From Minisyncoccota bacterium (lineage in GTDB: Bacteria; Patescibacteriota; Minisyncoccia; UBA6257; GWB1-50-10), in contig JAGVBB010000004.1 of the NCBI GenBank assembly GCA_020059915.1, forward strand, positions 2,910-66,909: DNA of 64,000 nucleotides, in the 5' to 3' direction. Both the position numbers and the translations under genes were made by a program. This document shows, piece by piece, positions 38,066 to 48,658 of this stretch. Within the stretch, counting starts at the first letter, position 1, and each line of letters begins with the position of its first letter. The notes under the pieces are model-generated. The model had not been told where the DNA came from, searched no databases, and saw nothing but the letters and a program-made list of their open reading frames with translations.

Positions 38066-40000
38066 TTATTCCTCGTTACTTAATTTTGATAGTGCCTCCG
38101 ACAATGCAGATTGGAGATCTGCCATGTGTAACCCCCCCGCTGGTACCGCATCAATATGTTCCTCTGACTTATCATTCTTAAGAGACGACAAGCTCATTGT
38201 TTTTTTATCTTCTTCCTCAACAACGGGAGAAAATTTTGGATTATCAAAGATTGATGACTTTTTGGGAATTTCTTTTTTTGTTGCTTGATCATTCTTTGTA
38301 ACACGAGAAAAATTCTTTGGGGTCAATGAACCATACTGACTATGATTTTTTTCTTTATTATACGGACGATGGTCATGTTGCCTTTCTTCTTTGCGCTGGA
38401 AATTATTCTTTGCACCTTCCTTGGTATCCTTTTTTTCGGATTGTTTGTATTCAAATTCAATCCCCAGTTTTGCAAGTTCATCAGTATGTTTTGATTGCGG
38501 GGCACGTTCACGCGAAAGATTCTCTGGCATAACACGAATCGGCTCCAACTCCCCCGCCTTTACCTTTCCATAACAGTCGGGACAATATACTGGCCTTCCT
38601 GAAATTGGAGTAAACGGAAGACGTACATGCTTTCCACAAACCATGCAATCCACCTCATTATCACTCTTTTCCCCATCGCCACCAGCATTATCATATCTTC
38701 CCGAAACACCACTCCAAGACATAATATCCTGTTCAACACTCCATGCCTGCTTGGTATATATTTTTCGTGAATTGGTAATAACCGCGTGTTCAATATCACT
38801 TGATGATTTTAATTTAAATGGGGGAAGTGTTTGTGCGGAAAATGGACGACTGCGATATCCATCAACAAGAAGTTTCAAATAAATATTATAATTGGGAAGA
38901 TTCACCATATCGGTTGGCGTGAATTCCGGTTCGAATTCCTTGGAAAGAAATTCCGCATCAGACGCGCCAACACGAAACATGAGCATAGTACCAACGTTTC
39001 CAAATACCGCATCACGCACCACGGTTGAATTGTTTGTAGTAAGTTGCCCAATATACTGATGCGCAAGAATAAGATTCAAGCGATACTTTCGTGCTTCGGA
39101 AAGGATGTTAGCAAAAGAATCAGTCGCAAAGTTTTGGAATTCGTCTACGTGGAGATAAAAATCAACACGTTCGTCTTCAGGAATACGCACGCGTTCCATT
39201 GCCGCGAGCTGGATTTTTGTAATAAGCATCGCCCCCAAAAGTGCCGAGTTATCCTCTCCAATTCTTCCTTTTGAAACATTGACTAAGAAAATCTTTCCCT
39301 CATTCATGATATCCAACACATTAATAGTACTTTTTGTTTGTCCTACAATGTTTCGCACAATAGGTGTCGAGAGAAATTGTCCTACTTTATTTTGAATAGG
39401 AGCAATTGCTTCATTTCTGAATTGGTCTTTCCACTCCTCAAACTCATTAATCCAGAACGCTTTTACGACCGGATCTTTTACATTTGCAATTATTTTCTGA
39501 CGATAATCTTTATCAACCAAAATTCTTGTAATACCAAGCAAGGTCGTTCCGGGAGTATCAAGCAATGCCAAAATTGCATTGTTCATAATATATTCCATAC
39601 GAGCAGACCACACCCCAGACCAGATTTTGGTAAATATTCCCATAAGACCAGATGCAACTAGGTGTTTGTATTTTGGATCGGGAAGTTCCAAGATATTGAA
39701 TCCAATCGGATAATCAGTGTCAGCAGGATTAAAATACACTACATCTTTAATGCGCTCTTCAGGGATCATCGAAAGCACTCCCTCAACAAGTTCTCCGTGT
39801 GGGTCCACCACACACAATCCCTCACCATTCGCAATATCCTGTATCACAAGGTTGTGCAACAAAGATGACTTACCAGTACCGGATTGCCCAATCACATACA
39901 TATGCTGTCTTCGGTCTTTTCGTTTTACACCAAAAAGCTGATCCTTGTTACGGAAATTGGTACGCCCGAAATATGCGACATCTCGTCTCTCTTCTTCCAT
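38066..40000 (-). CDS. FtsK/HerA-superfamily ATPase resembling TraD/VirD4 coupling proteins, with a C-terminal CxxC...CxxC zinc ribbon and a KE-rich tail
   Basis: Walker A VIGQSGTGKS. Walker B-like FYLHVDEFQNF. SEARKYRLNLILAHQYIGQL, the typical coupling-protein arginine/glutamine motif. A CMVCGKHV...YCPDCYG ribbon. A paralog lies at 61985-63871. Confidence 0.6.
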   Translation of the reverse strand: MEEERRDVAYFGRTNFRNKDQLFGVKRKDRRQHMYVIGQSGTGKSSLLHNLVIQDIANGEGLCVVDPHGELVEGVLSMIPEERIKDVVYFNPADTDYPIGFNILELPDPKYKHLVASGLMGIFTKIWSGVWSARMEYIMNNAILALLDTPGTTLLGITRILVDKDYRQKIIANVKDPVVKAFWINEFEEWKDQFRNEAIAPIQNKVGQFLSTPIVRNIVGQTKSTINVLDIMNEGKIFLVNVSKGRIGEDNSALLGAMLITKIQLAAMERVRIPEDERVDFYLHVDEFQNFATDSFANILSEARKYRLNLILAHQYIGQLTTNNSTVVRDAVFGNVGTMLMFRVGASDAEFLSKEFEPEFTPTDMVNLPNYNIYLKLLVDGYRSRPFSAQTLPPFKLKSSSDIEHAVITNSRKIYTKQAWSVEQDIMSWSGVSGRYDNAGGDGEKSDNEVDCMVCGKHVRLPFTPISGRPVYCPDCYGKVKAGELEPIRVMPENLSRERAPQSKHTDELAKLGIEFEYKQSEKKDTKEGAKNNFQRKEERQHDHRPYNKEKNHSQYGSLTPKNFSRVTKNDQATKKEIPKKSSIFDNPKFSPVVEEEDKKTMSLSSLKNDKSEEHIDAVPAGGLHMADLQSALSEALSKLSNEE

Positions 40001-40028
40001 CTTTTTCTAATTATACCCTATCTAAATA

Positions 40029-40058
40029 AAAAAAATGCCCCGTTAGGGGCAAAAATAT
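40029..40058. terminator. Bidirectional hairpin with flanking A/T runs
   Basis: AAAAAATGCCCCGTTAGGGGCAAAAATATT. Confidence 0.5.
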
Positions 40059-40061
40059 TAA

Positions 40062-40355
40062 TTATCTGCAAGACATAGATAATTCACGGCGCACAGCAAC
40101 ATTCATTTGCTTCGGTTTTAAATCAAAACTTTTTACTTCTTTTCTTCTAAATCCATATATTGGGTTTTTCGATTTCGAGAAAGATTTTTTTTGATTTGAT
40201 TTTTCTCTGATGCGTGCATTTCTTTTTTCGCGTTCTTCCACGGCACGAGCACGAGTTAGAGCAATTTCTTCCTGACTTAGTAAGGTCTCGACTGGTCTAT
40301 TAGACCCTACGCGATATTTACGGTAAACAATATCTTTTGGCCATTTGCAACTCAT
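40062..40355 (-). CDS. Hypothetical small basic protein (97 aa)
   Basis: Lys/Arg-rich ORF, no family recognised. Confidence 0.35.
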   Translation of the reverse strand: MSCKWPKDIVYRKYRVGSNRPVETLLSQEEIALTRARAVEEREKRNARIREKSNQKKSFSKSKNPIYGFRRKEVKSFDLKPKQMNVAVRRELSMSCR

Positions 40356-40449
40356 AATATGTCTCCTATTAAAAAGTTAATGATAGTCACATTATAGCAC
40401 CAAATGTAGAAAAAGTCAATGCCCCACATGTGCGGGGCATTTTTTATAG

Positions 40450-40674
40450 TTATTGAATAATTACGAGATTTTCAAGCGATCCCCCCTCCTGAAACACAGA
40501 AAGATGGGAAAACCGATCTTTAATATTCTTTGCGCGTTTGTTGTGTAACTCCCGTGCGAATTTCCTACGTTCTTTCATTTCTGTTTGGGACAACAGGGGG
40601 TCTTCTTTTCTCTCCTCCTTTTTTTTCTTTTTGACCCGTCCATAATCCTTGAAACTTGTTTCGTACACTATCAT
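40450..40674 (-). CDS. Hypothetical small basic protein (74 aa)
   Basis: KE-rich ORF preceded by the hairpin terminator at 40417-40448. Confidence 0.3.
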   Translation of the reverse strand: MIVYETSFKDYGRVKKKKKEERKEDPLLSQTEMKERRKFARELHNKRAKNIKDRFSHLSVFQEGGSLENLVIIQ

Positions 40675-40685
40675 ATATATTCTCC

Positions 40686-40889
40686 TTAAACTGGCTGTAA
40701 TTCTGGATATATTTCCTCGATGCGCTTTGCAACATCGGGAATTATCTTTTTCATCGCTTCACGCGAGATATTTCCGCGTGTTGTTATAAACACATCTTTT
40801 TCGCGATTATATTTTGCGACGATTTTATTTATCGTCCCGCTGGTTCTTAACGGTTGAGTAATCTTCCGTTTATTCCTTATGTCAGACAT
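40686..40889 (-). CDS. Hypothetical small protein (67 aa)
   Basis: Intact ORF in the same orientation as its neighbours. Confidence 0.3.
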   Translation of the reverse strand: MSDIRNKRKITQPLRTSGTINKIVAKYNREKDVFITTRGNISREAMKKIIPDVAKRIEEIYPELQPV

Positions 40890-41205
40890 AGGTTGTTCCT
40901 CTCTATTTATTAATGTTCAACACTAAAAAGAATAACAGAATATCTGCACCGTGTCAACTATTACTCCAGAATCCACTCTTTTATGCAAAATTTCCGTGTA
41001 CTATAAATTTGTTCAGATAAGTAGAAAAAACACAATCTATAGCGAACTCGGCACAAAGCACCTCAAACAACGCTATGGATTATGTTTTTTTAATCTTCTT
41101 CTCTTCACAATTTATACAGCACACTCCAACGTATGCACAAAAGAATGGATTCTTTCGTATGGGCATATATTAGAAACTAGTCTCTAAACCCTAGTCACTA
41201 ACCCC

Positions 41206-43044
41206 CTATTGCAATGTTGCCTTAATACGTCTCACGCCCTGAGAAACCGCCTCCTCTTTCTGAATTTTGAACGTCCCTAAAACTCCTGTATGTTCCACAT
41301 GTGGACCACCACAGATTTCCGCAGAATAATCTCCTACAAAATAAACTTTGATATTGTTTCCAAGTGCTTCGTATTTCTCATCAAAAATTCCCGTTGCTCC
41401 ACGCTTTTTTGCTTCGTCTATCGAAAGTATTTCAAAATGTACCGGTAAATCTTTTTGTATTATCTCATTTACTCGAGCTTCAATTTTCTGTATCTCTTCC
41501 GGAGTAACTTTTACTGGATGTGAAAAATCAAAACGAAGTCGTTCCGCGGTAAGATTGCTCCCCCGTTGTTCCACATGATCTCCCAAAATTTCCCGCATTG
41601 CCTGGAGCATCAAATGCGTTGCGGTATGATATTTCACTACCGCCTCAGAATTATCCGCAAGTCCACCCTTAAACACCCCCGCAGATGCAGTTCGTGAAAG
41701 CTCCTGATGTTTCTTAAATTCTTCATCAAACTCTTCTTCTGGAAATTCTATACTTATCTTTTGATCTTTATTTACTTCATTATTAACCAAATTTGTTATC
41801 GATTTATTTAGTTCTTTTATATCTTCCTTTATCATCTCTTTGGGAAATCCATAACTTTGATAGAGATAAAATGCGTCCTTTCCTGTTATTCTTCCATTTT
41901 TATTGAAAATTTTTCTAAACTCGTCTAGTCCATTTTGTAACGTCCTAGCAAATTTACTTTCTTCTTTTACTAGTTCTTCAACAATAGAATCTTCATTTCT
42001 TTCTAATTCTTTATAAACACCTCTGAAAAGCTTAATTACAACTCTCGCAACTAAACTCGTAAAATGATCTTCTTTTATCCCTATCATTTTTCCATAACGT
42101 ACCGCTCTTCTAATTAATCTTCGCAACACATATCCCTGTCCCACATTTGATGGAATAATTCCTCGCTCATCTCCAAGAATAAACGTCGCAGCACGCAAAT
42201 GATCAGCAATGATTCGCATCGCACGCGTATCTTCTGTATTCTCTCCATATTTCTTTCCTGAAAGTTCTTCAATTTTTTCTATAATTGGTTTGAATGTATC
42301 AATCTGATACATATCACAATTATCATTTAACACAGCAACAGTCCGCTCAAGTCCCATTCCCGTATCAACATTCTTTTGTGCTAAAGGAATATACGTCCCC
42401 TCTTTTGTCTTGTTATATTCCATAAACACATCATTCCAGATCTCAACCCAAAGCGGATCGGTATCGTCAAATTCGTCAAGAACTTTGTTTGGATCTCCCG
42501 TCCAGTAAAACATCTCAGTGTCTGGTCCACATGGCCCCGTTTCTCCTGCGGGTCCCCACCAATTATTTTTCTTTGGGAGTTTTGCAATCCTTTTTTCTGA
42601 AATTCCTAGTGATTTCCACTTTTCAAATGCCTCAGAATCAAATGGTGCATCATTATCTCCTTGAAACACTGAAACTGCCAAAAGATTTTTATCCAAACCG
42701 AGCCATTCTTTAGATGTTAAAAATTCAAAACTATATTCAATTGCCTCTTGCTTAAAGTAGTCACCCAGTGACCAGTTCCCCATCATCTCAAAAAATGTTA
42801 AATGAACATTGTCTCCCACTTCATCAATATCGCCCGTCCTGATGCATTTTTGGATGTTTGTGAGCCGATTCCCTCCAGGATGTTTCTCTCCCAAAAGATA
42901 CGGAACAAGCGGATGCATGCCTGCAGTAGTAAACAGTACCGTTGGATCGTTTTCTGGGATCAACGATGCCGAAGGCATCACGGTGTGTCCTTTAGATTTG
43001 AAAAAATCAAGATATTTTTTTCTAATTTCCTCAGAAGAAATCAT
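41206..43044 (-). CDS. alaS: Alanyl-tRNA synthetase, short form lacking the C-terminal C-Ala domain
   Basis: Catalytic and tRNA-binding domains plus the editing domain (HTATHLM...CGGPHV). About 613 aa from MISSEEIRKKYLDFF. Confidence 0.85.
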   Translation of the reverse strand: MISSEEIRKKYLDFFKSKGHTVMPSASLIPENDPTVLFTTAGMHPLVPYLLGEKHPGGNRLTNIQKCIRTGDIDEVGDNVHLTFFEMMGNWSLGDYFKQEAIEYSFEFLTSKEWLGLDKNLLAVSVFQGDNDAPFDSEAFEKWKSLGISEKRIAKLPKKNNWWGPAGETGPCGPDTEMFYWTGDPNKVLDEFDDTDPLWVEIWNDVFMEYNKTKEGTYIPLAQKNVDTGMGLERTVAVLNDNCDMYQIDTFKPIIEKIEELSGKKYGENTEDTRAMRIIADHLRAATFILGDERGIIPSNVGQGYVLRRLIRRAVRYGKMIGIKEDHFTSLVARVVIKLFRGVYKELERNEDSIVEELVKEESKFARTLQNGLDEFRKIFNKNGRITGKDAFYLYQSYGFPKEMIKEDIKELNKSITNLVNNEVNKDQKISIEFPEEEFDEEFKKHQELSRTASAGVFKGGLADNSEAVVKYHTATHLMLQAMREILGDHVEQRGSNLTAERLRFDFSHPVKVTPEEIQKIEARVNEIIQKDLPVHFEILSIDEAKKRGATGIFDEKYEALGNNIKVYFVGDYSAEICGGPHVEHTGVLGTFKIQKEEAVSQGVRRIKATLQ

Positions 43045-43167
43045 ATGTATAATAGTACGGAAAAGAGTAAAAATAGACAAATCCCACATCTTTTAGAAAA
43101 AGGTATAAGATTGACAAAATACATATTTTAATATATAATTATTACATCATTAATAACTGGAGTTTTT

Positions 43168-43392
43168 ATGAAGATTGGGTATATCGTCCACATAGATGAC
43201 GATGCAACCTATGTATATCTTCCTGGAGAAGATGACCTTCCTATAAAAAAAATTAAAAATTCCGGAAAATCATTTCTGGATAAAATCGAAGACGTAAAAA
43301 CATTTCTTAAAGAGGAACGTGGTGTTAAATATATTGATGAACCCAAAATTACGTCAAAAAGGAAGATTGAAATCTTCGGAAGTATTATTTAA
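43168..43392 (+). CDS. Hypothetical small acidic protein (74 aa)
   Basis: ORF followed by the terminator at 43390-43428. Confidence 0.35.
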   Translation: MKIGYIVHIDDDATYVYLPGEDDLPIKKIKNSGKSFLDKIEDVKTFLKEERGVKYIDEPKITSKRKIEIFGSII

Positions 43393-43425
43393 AAAATTCC
43401 CGCTATATACGCGGGAATAATTTTT

Positions 43426-43677
43426 TTAGACAAGATGTGTCGCCATTTCTTTTGGAATCGAGATAAGTCCGTTACTGCCAAAAAAATCAATGACCTTTTC
43501 ATAATAGTAAACGGCATAATTTCTCTTTAGTTTTTTGAGTCCAGAAATAATATCTTCTGCACGCACAATGAACTTGCCATTTTTTTCTTCTACAACATTG
43601 AGTACCACAGAAACCAATTCATTTCTTAGATCAATGGGAATAAACGGAAGCAGTGGCGCTCCAGTAATTACTATCAT
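43426..43677 (-). CDS. Hypothetical protein (83 aa) with a C-terminal AbrB/MazE-like looped-hinge motif
   Basis: C-terminal GSNGLISIPKEMATHLV resembles the SpoVT/AbrB swapped-hairpin consensus. Overlaps the upstream ORF by 4 nt. Confidence 0.35.
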   Translation of the reverse strand: MIVITGAPLLPFIPIDLRNELVSVVLNVVEEKNGKFIVRAEDIISGLKKLKRNYAVYYYEKVIDFFGSNGLISIPKEMATHLV

Positions 43678-44039
43678 TCGGAACCTCCTTTCTTTTTGTT
43701 TTCTTGAAACATATTATAAATCTCTTCCAAGCGCTCCATAAACCGTGGTCGCTGGAGAATCAATTCAATATCTTCATCTTCCAATAACGTAATACTCCTT
43801 TTTTTTGATGAAGAAGAATTGATAATTTTATAAAACCTCTTTTCACACAAATCAAAAGCTAATGCATCTGCAAATATAAAAATTTCTTTTTCCACATCTT
43901 CGCAAAGACACATTTCTTTTTTCATGCCGTCCGCACATTCACTCAATATATAAAGAACATCTTTAAGCGTTTGAGCGCGAAGCTGTCTTATCTCATCCAA
44001 GAGCCTCCGCGATATAAAAAAATATCCAGAAATTTTCAT
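43674..44039 (-). CDS. Hypothetical protein (121 aa)
   Basis: ORF translationally coupled (ATGA overlap) to the 83-aa ORF, downstream of rpoD. Confidence 0.35.
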   Translation of the reverse strand: MKISGYFFISRRLLDEIRQLRAQTLKDVLYILSECADGMKKEMCLCEDVEKEIFIFADALAFDLCEKRFYKIINSSSSKKRSITLLEDEDIELILQRPRFMERLEEIYNMFQENKKKGGSE

Positions 44040-44162
44040 ATTTCCTCCAAATTATGTTGTTTATTAACTGGGTATATAATGCAATATTTACAAAAATAAT
44101 GCAAGTTATTTTATAAGTTTGGGTTTTGTTTAAAAATTGGAAATTAAAAATTCAAAAATTAA

Positions 44163-44195
44163 ATACTCCGCATACAATGCGGAGTATTTTTTTAA
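44163..44195 (-). terminator. Intrinsic terminator of rpoD
   Basis: AATACTCCGCATACAATGCGGAGTATTTTTTT. Confidence 0.6.
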
Positions 44196-45463
44196 TATCC
44201 CTCCAACTTCTTAATGTCTCTATGATTTCTGATTTTGTCTAATGCCTTCGCCTCAATCTGTCTGATACGTTCTCGAGTAACTCCAAACACTTTTCCTACT
44301 TCCTCAAGGGTATGTGGAATATTATCCTCAAGTCCAAATCGCATGGAAAGAATTTTTCGTTCTCTATCAGTTAAATCAACAAGTACTTCCTTAATTTGAT
44401 CTCGTAATAACGCAGCATTTGCCAACTGATCTGGGCTCATACTGGTCTCATCTTTAATAAAGTCAGAGAGTGTTGAATCCTCATCATCGTCCCCTATTGG
44501 TGTTTCAAGTGAAATAACCTCCTGGGAGATCTTTTGAATATAATGAACTTTTTCAACATCCATGTTCATTTCAGTAGCAATTTCTTCTGGTAACGGTTCA
44601 CGCCCCAGTTCCTGCATCAAGCGACGTTTCGTCTGTGTGTATTTGGTAATCGTCTCAACCATGTGAACAGGAATTCTGATAGTTCTTGAGTAGTCCGCAA
44701 GAGCACGTGTCACTGCCTGACGAATCCACCATGTGGCATAGGTAGAGAATTTAAAACCTCTACGATAATCAAACTTGTCTACTGCACGAGAAAGTCCAAT
44801 ATTTCCTTCTTGCACCAAATCAAGAATAGAAAGGTGTGGGGAACGATTCACATATCGCTTTGCAATAGAAACCACCAAACGTAAGTTTGCTTGAATAAGT
44901 TTTTGTCTCGCCGATTCATCGCCCTCCTCAATTCTTCGCGCAAGCTCGCGTTCCTCTTTCGTATTCAACAATGGCGTTCTTCCAATTTCTTTGAGATACA
45001 TTTGTACTGCATCGGGAAGATCTGCATCAATACGTGTCGCATCCTGAAGTTCTTGATAAGAAATCTCTTCTCGTTCCTTATCAACATTCGTGATAAGGGA
45101 ATTTGTTTCTTTAATTTTAATTCCTTCCTGATCAAGTCGTCCATATACTATCTCAAGAAAAGAAAGATTTTTTTCTATGTTGGGAAAAAAATTCAATATC
45201 TCCGCGTCGGTAACAAAACCACGAACTCGTCCGCGTCGGATAAGGTCGTCCAAGCTTGCCGAATATTCTTCCGGAATAATAAATTGTTTTTTTTCTTTTG
45301 GAGCTGGTTTTCCTGTTTGAACAGGTTTTTTAACGTTCTTTTTTGCTTTTGCTTTCTTTGCCTGCTTCTTTGTTGGAGTCTTTTTTTTCTTCACTATTTT
45401 TGCTGCCTTCTTTACTACCTTCTTTATTTTTTTTGCTGGTTTTTTGTTTTTTATTTTCTTCAT
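44192..45463 (-). CDS. rpoD: Primary sigma factor RpoD/SigA with a lysine-rich N-terminal region
   Basis: Regions 1.2 to 4.2 are conserved ([53 protein letters not shown]). The start is taken at MKKIKNKK, which gives a 4-nt junction with dnaG. Confidence 0.9.
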   Translation of the reverse strand: MKKIKNKKPAKKIKKVVKKAAKIVKKKKTPTKKQAKKAKAKKNVKKPVQTGKPAPKEKKQFIIPEEYSASLDDLIRRGRVRGFVTDAEILNFFPNIEKNLSFLEIVYGRLDQEGIKIKETNSLITNVDKEREEISYQELQDATRIDADLPDAVQMYLKEIGRTPLLNTKEERELARRIEEGDESARQKLIQANLRLVVSIAKRYVNRSPHLSILDLVQEGNIGLSRAVDKFDYRRGFKFSTYATWWIRQAVTRALADYSRTIRIPVHMVETITKYTQTKRRLMQELGREPLPEEIATEMNMDVEKVHYIQKISQEVISLETPIGDDDEDSTLSDFIKDETSMSPDQLANAALLRDQIKEVLVDLTDRERKILSMRFGLEDNIPHTLEEVGKVFGVTRERIRQIEAKALDKIRNHRDIKKLEGY

Positions 45464-45465
45464 AA

Positions 45466-47166
45466 TTAAGAGAGTTGATGCATTTTTTGCGTGCACTCTT
45501 GAAATTTCCTTGTCGCCTCAAGGAGCTTTTCCTCATCTCCCACCACTCCTGCTTCTTTAATTTCGCGCTGAAGCGCCTCTCGAATCGCTTTGTAATATTC
45601 GAGTTTGAGCTGCTTGATAAGCTCTAGTGCCTCTTTTTTGAGTTCTTCATGATCTGCCGATCCAAATAAATAAGTTGATTGCATTTGGAATACAGTCGCA
45701 GATTCCGCCCCTGGGTTCTCAAGCACTGAGAGAAACGGCCGAGGCATAAATTCCTTGTTTTCCAACACTATACCCCTAAATTCATCGTTTGTAAACGCAA
45801 GAGATGTTAGCTGTCTTGCTATTATATCTATTCTACGTTCAAACTGATGTTTTTCTTTCATTGGCACCTCTTCTGCCTTTCCATCCTGTTTTTCGTGCTC
45901 AATATGCTCCAATTCTTCCGATAATGATGTCTCCGGAATGCCGGAACTACGGGATAACTCCCGCATCCATTCCGACTGTTCAATGGAACTTTTAATAGTG
46001 GCAAGTATCTCAATAATATGACGAACAACACGTTTTTTTAATGCTAAATCGTTCTTTACTTTCCCTGATGAAAAATATAAATCAAATAAATATTGAAATG
46101 CTGGTTTTGCCGATTCAATGGCATTTTTCATAAACATGAGATCTTTTAACAGTGCATCCGCTGGATCCTTAAATTCTCCCAATGAGATAACCTTTGTGTG
46201 GAAATCAAACTTGTTAAATAGTGTGAGCGTCCGTTCAAGTGCTTTTCTTCCAGCCTCATCATTATCAAAACTTACTATTGCAGTATCCGCCAATCTCCGG
46301 AGTCTTTCTAAATGGTGCTCAGTAAATCCTGTTCCAGAAATCGCAACACAATTTTTTATTCCACACTGCCATGACATAAGAAAATCCATCTGCCCCTCAA
46401 CCACCACGAATGATTTTTCTCTTGCAATATCTCCTTTTGATTTATTAAGTCCATATAACACTTTTGATTTATTAAATACTGGCGATTCTGGACTGTTCAT
46501 ATATTTCGGATTGTCGGGATTTTCTGAAGCAGAACCAAACACACGTCCCGTGAACGCAACTGTCTTGCCAACATGATTTATAATGGGGAACATAATACGG
46601 CTATCAAAACGATCACGATATAGCCCACGAGTGTTTCTGTATACCAAACCAGCACGTAATGCATCGCGGACATCATACTTCTTCTGTATGAGGTGCATAG
46701 ACAAAGATTCACCGCCGGGAGAAAACCCAAGTTCAAATTCTTGAATTGTTTCTTTGGTAAGTCCACGATTCGTTAAATAGGAAATCGCATCTTTGTTGGT
46801 AACAAGGGAATTATAAAAAAATCTTTTTGCTTCTTCGTTGATATCATAGAGAATTCCAAATTCTCGTTGATGTTGTGGATTGACCGAGGCTAATTGCACC
46901 CCCGCCTTCTCTGCAAGAAAACGAAGTGCTTCAGGAAATTCCAAATTCTCATACTTCATTACAAACGTAATGATGTCGCCACCCTCACCACAACCAAAAC
47001 AATGCCATCTTCCTCTATCAGGAGAGACAATAAACGATGGTGTCTTTTCCTGATGAAACGGACAGTTTGCTTTGAAGTTTTTACCAGCAGGAAGCAACGT
47101 AATATATCCACGCAATACGTCTGCAACAGAAAGTCGCTCTTTAATTATGTCTACATCCTTTGGCAT
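45466..47166 (-). CDS. dnaG: DNA primase
   Basis: Zinc-binding [11 protein letters not shown]...CFGCG, a TOPRIM domain (EGQMD, DND/DNDEAG). Confidence 0.9.
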   Translation of the reverse strand: MPKDVDIIKERLSVADVLRGYITLLPAGKNFKANCPFHQEKTPSFIVSPDRGRWHCFGCGEGGDIITFVMKYENLEFPEALRFLAEKAGVQLASVNPQHQREFGILYDINEEAKRFFYNSLVTNKDAISYLTNRGLTKETIQEFELGFSPGGESLSMHLIQKKYDVRDALRAGLVYRNTRGLYRDRFDSRIMFPIINHVGKTVAFTGRVFGSASENPDNPKYMNSPESPVFNKSKVLYGLNKSKGDIAREKSFVVVEGQMDFLMSWQCGIKNCVAISGTGFTEHHLERLRRLADTAIVSFDNDEAGRKALERTLTLFNKFDFHTKVISLGEFKDPADALLKDLMFMKNAIESAKPAFQYLFDLYFSSGKVKNDLALKKRVVRHIIEILATIKSSIEQSEWMRELSRSSGIPETSLSEELEHIEHEKQDGKAEEVPMKEKHQFERRIDIIARQLTSLAFTNDEFRGIVLENKEFMPRPFLSVLENPGAESATVFQMQSTYLFGSADHEELKKEALELIKQLKLEYYKAIREALQREIKEAGVVGDEEKLLEATRKFQECTQKMHQLS

Positions 47167-47205
47167 GCTGTCTCTAGTGTACCCATATTTTCTTTTCCTA
47201 TACAG

Positions 47206-47234
47206 TTGAAAAAATATTGGTTTTATAGCATAAT
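47206..47234 (+). promoter_or_regulatory. Sigma70-type promoter for plsY
   Basis: TTGAAA, a 17-nt spacer, then CATAAT. An AGGAG Shine-Dalgarno sits 5 nt before the ATG at 47271. Confidence 0.45.
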
Positions 47235-47270
47235 AATTTCATTCTTTAATAATACGTGAAAGGAGTATAT

Positions 47271-47888
47271 ATGGGACAAATTATTTCAATTCTCGTCATA
47301 CTCATATTCTCAGCATTTCCAACGGGTCTTGCCCTCGGAAAATTACTTGATGGTCGCGATATACGCACTCTTGGGAGTGGTAATATCGGCGGAACGAACG
47401 TCGGACGCGTTTATGGAAAATTCTGGGGAATTTGGGTTACTATTGTTGACGCCCTTAAAGCTGCTTTTGTTGTGTCATTTTCTGAAACATTAAATATATT
47501 TCAGAATTTCAATTCTGAAGAAATGTTTCTAGCAAAAATCGGTATAGGAATTTTTGTAATACTAATAAATATATTTAATCCGTTCCTTGGTTTTAAAGGC
47601 GGAAAAGGAGTTGCCACAAGCATAGGTGTTCTTGTAGAACTTGATTGGCAAATTGCTGTTTTGTCTTTTGGTGCTTTTCTTCTTATGTTTGCAACACAAA
47701 AATTCAAACGAGATGATCTGTTCAAAGGATCAATAACTGGCGCGTGTACTGCACTTGCCTGCTCTATAGTACTCTTGCGTCCAATTCCAGAAATTATACT
47801 ATTTATTTTTGCTGTTCCACTCATTTTCTATTCACATAGAGATAATATTGATACATACAAAAAATCATTAAAAAAACCCCTCAATTGA
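47271..47888 (+). CDS. plsY: Glycerol-3-phosphate acyltransferase PlsY
   Basis: GSGNIGGTN and GGKGVAT motifs. The start is the SD-preceded ATG. The track begins at the GTG at 47256. Confidence 0.85.
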   Translation: MGQIISILVILIFSAFPTGLALGKLLDGRDIRTLGSGNIGGTNVGRVYGKFWGIWVTIVDALKAAFVVSFSETLNIFQNFNSEEMFLAKIGIGIFVILINIFNPFLGFKGGKGVATSIGVLVELDWQIAVLSFGAFLLMFATQKFKRDDLFKGSITGACTALACSIVLLRPIPEIILFIFAVPLIFYSHRDNIDTYKKSLKKPLN

Positions 47889-47897
47889 GGGGTTTTA
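47871..47897 (+). terminator. Intrinsic terminator
   Basis: AAAAAACCCCTCAATTGAGGGGTTTTAAAA. Confidence 0.65.
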
Positions 47898-48581
47898 AAA
47901 TACATGGTTAGTCATGAGGATTTTTGGAATTCCTTCTTCCGAAAACGAATATGCGGTCACATTGCAATTTCCCGGATCTTTTCCGCGTTCCCAAAATACA
48001 ACTTCATCATAAGGAAGTGATTCAATTAATCCACGAAAACACGCAATTGTTCCTCCATGGGATACAACAAGTACATTCTTTCCAGAATAACTCCGACACA
48101 ACATTTCAAAAAATGTTGCAACGCGAGTAGTAACTTGAGCAAAACTTTCTCCTCCCGGCGGAACGGCAAAAAAAGAACCAAACAACTTCCAATGTTCTTC
48201 AAGAAAGGGGAAAAATTCTCTTGATTCTTCTGCGGTCATATTAAATGTATAACCACAATCGCGTTCACGAACTAACACGCTTGCCATCACTTCCATATGT
48301 TCGCGTAATTCACGGGGAAATTCTCTTTTCATTCTTTCTAGTGTTTCTTTTGCGCGAAAATAACCAGAATGAATAGCAACATCAAAACTTTTAAATTCTG
48401 ATATTATACTCTTTCCTGTACGCTGTGCTTGATCGCGTCCCTGTGGAGAAAGTGGAATAGTAGAATCAGAATATCCTGAAAGCTTTTTCTTCTCAGATGT
48501 GCTGAGAAAGATATCCTTTTTAACTGTATTTCTCAGTGACTCCGCATGTCGCACCAATACCAACAATTTTGGCGTTTTCAT
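47895..48581 (-). CDS. Histidine phosphatase family protein (phosphoglycerate mutase-like)
   Basis: LVRHAES RHG motif and a later SHGG motif. Confidence 0.7.
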   Translation of the reverse strand: MKTPKLLVLVRHAESLRNTVKKDIFLSTSEKKKLSGYSDSTIPLSPQGRDQAQRTGKSIISEFKSFDVAIHSGYFRAKETLERMKREFPRELREHMEVMASVLVRERDCGYTFNMTAEESREFFPFLEEHWKLFGSFFAVPPGGESFAQVTTRVATFFEMLCRSYSGKNVLVVSHGGTIACFRGLIESLPYDEVVFWERGKDPGNCNVTAYSFSEEGIPKILMTNHVF

Positions 48582-48658
48582 AAATACCTCTCAATTTTTA
48601 AATATCATAAAAATAATAACAAAAAATACCGCTAAAGTCGCGATATTTTTTAACCATA

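Noticed and set aside
44891-45469. 192-aa Phe/Leu-rich ORF on the plus strand
   Set aside because: It is antisense to the lysine-rich N-terminus of rpoD. Low-complexity codons mirrored on the other strand give no independent coding signal.
45330-45536. 68-aa lysine-rich ORF overlapping the dnaG-rpoD junction
   Set aside because: It is an alternative frame of the K-rich rpoD 5' region and not a separate gene
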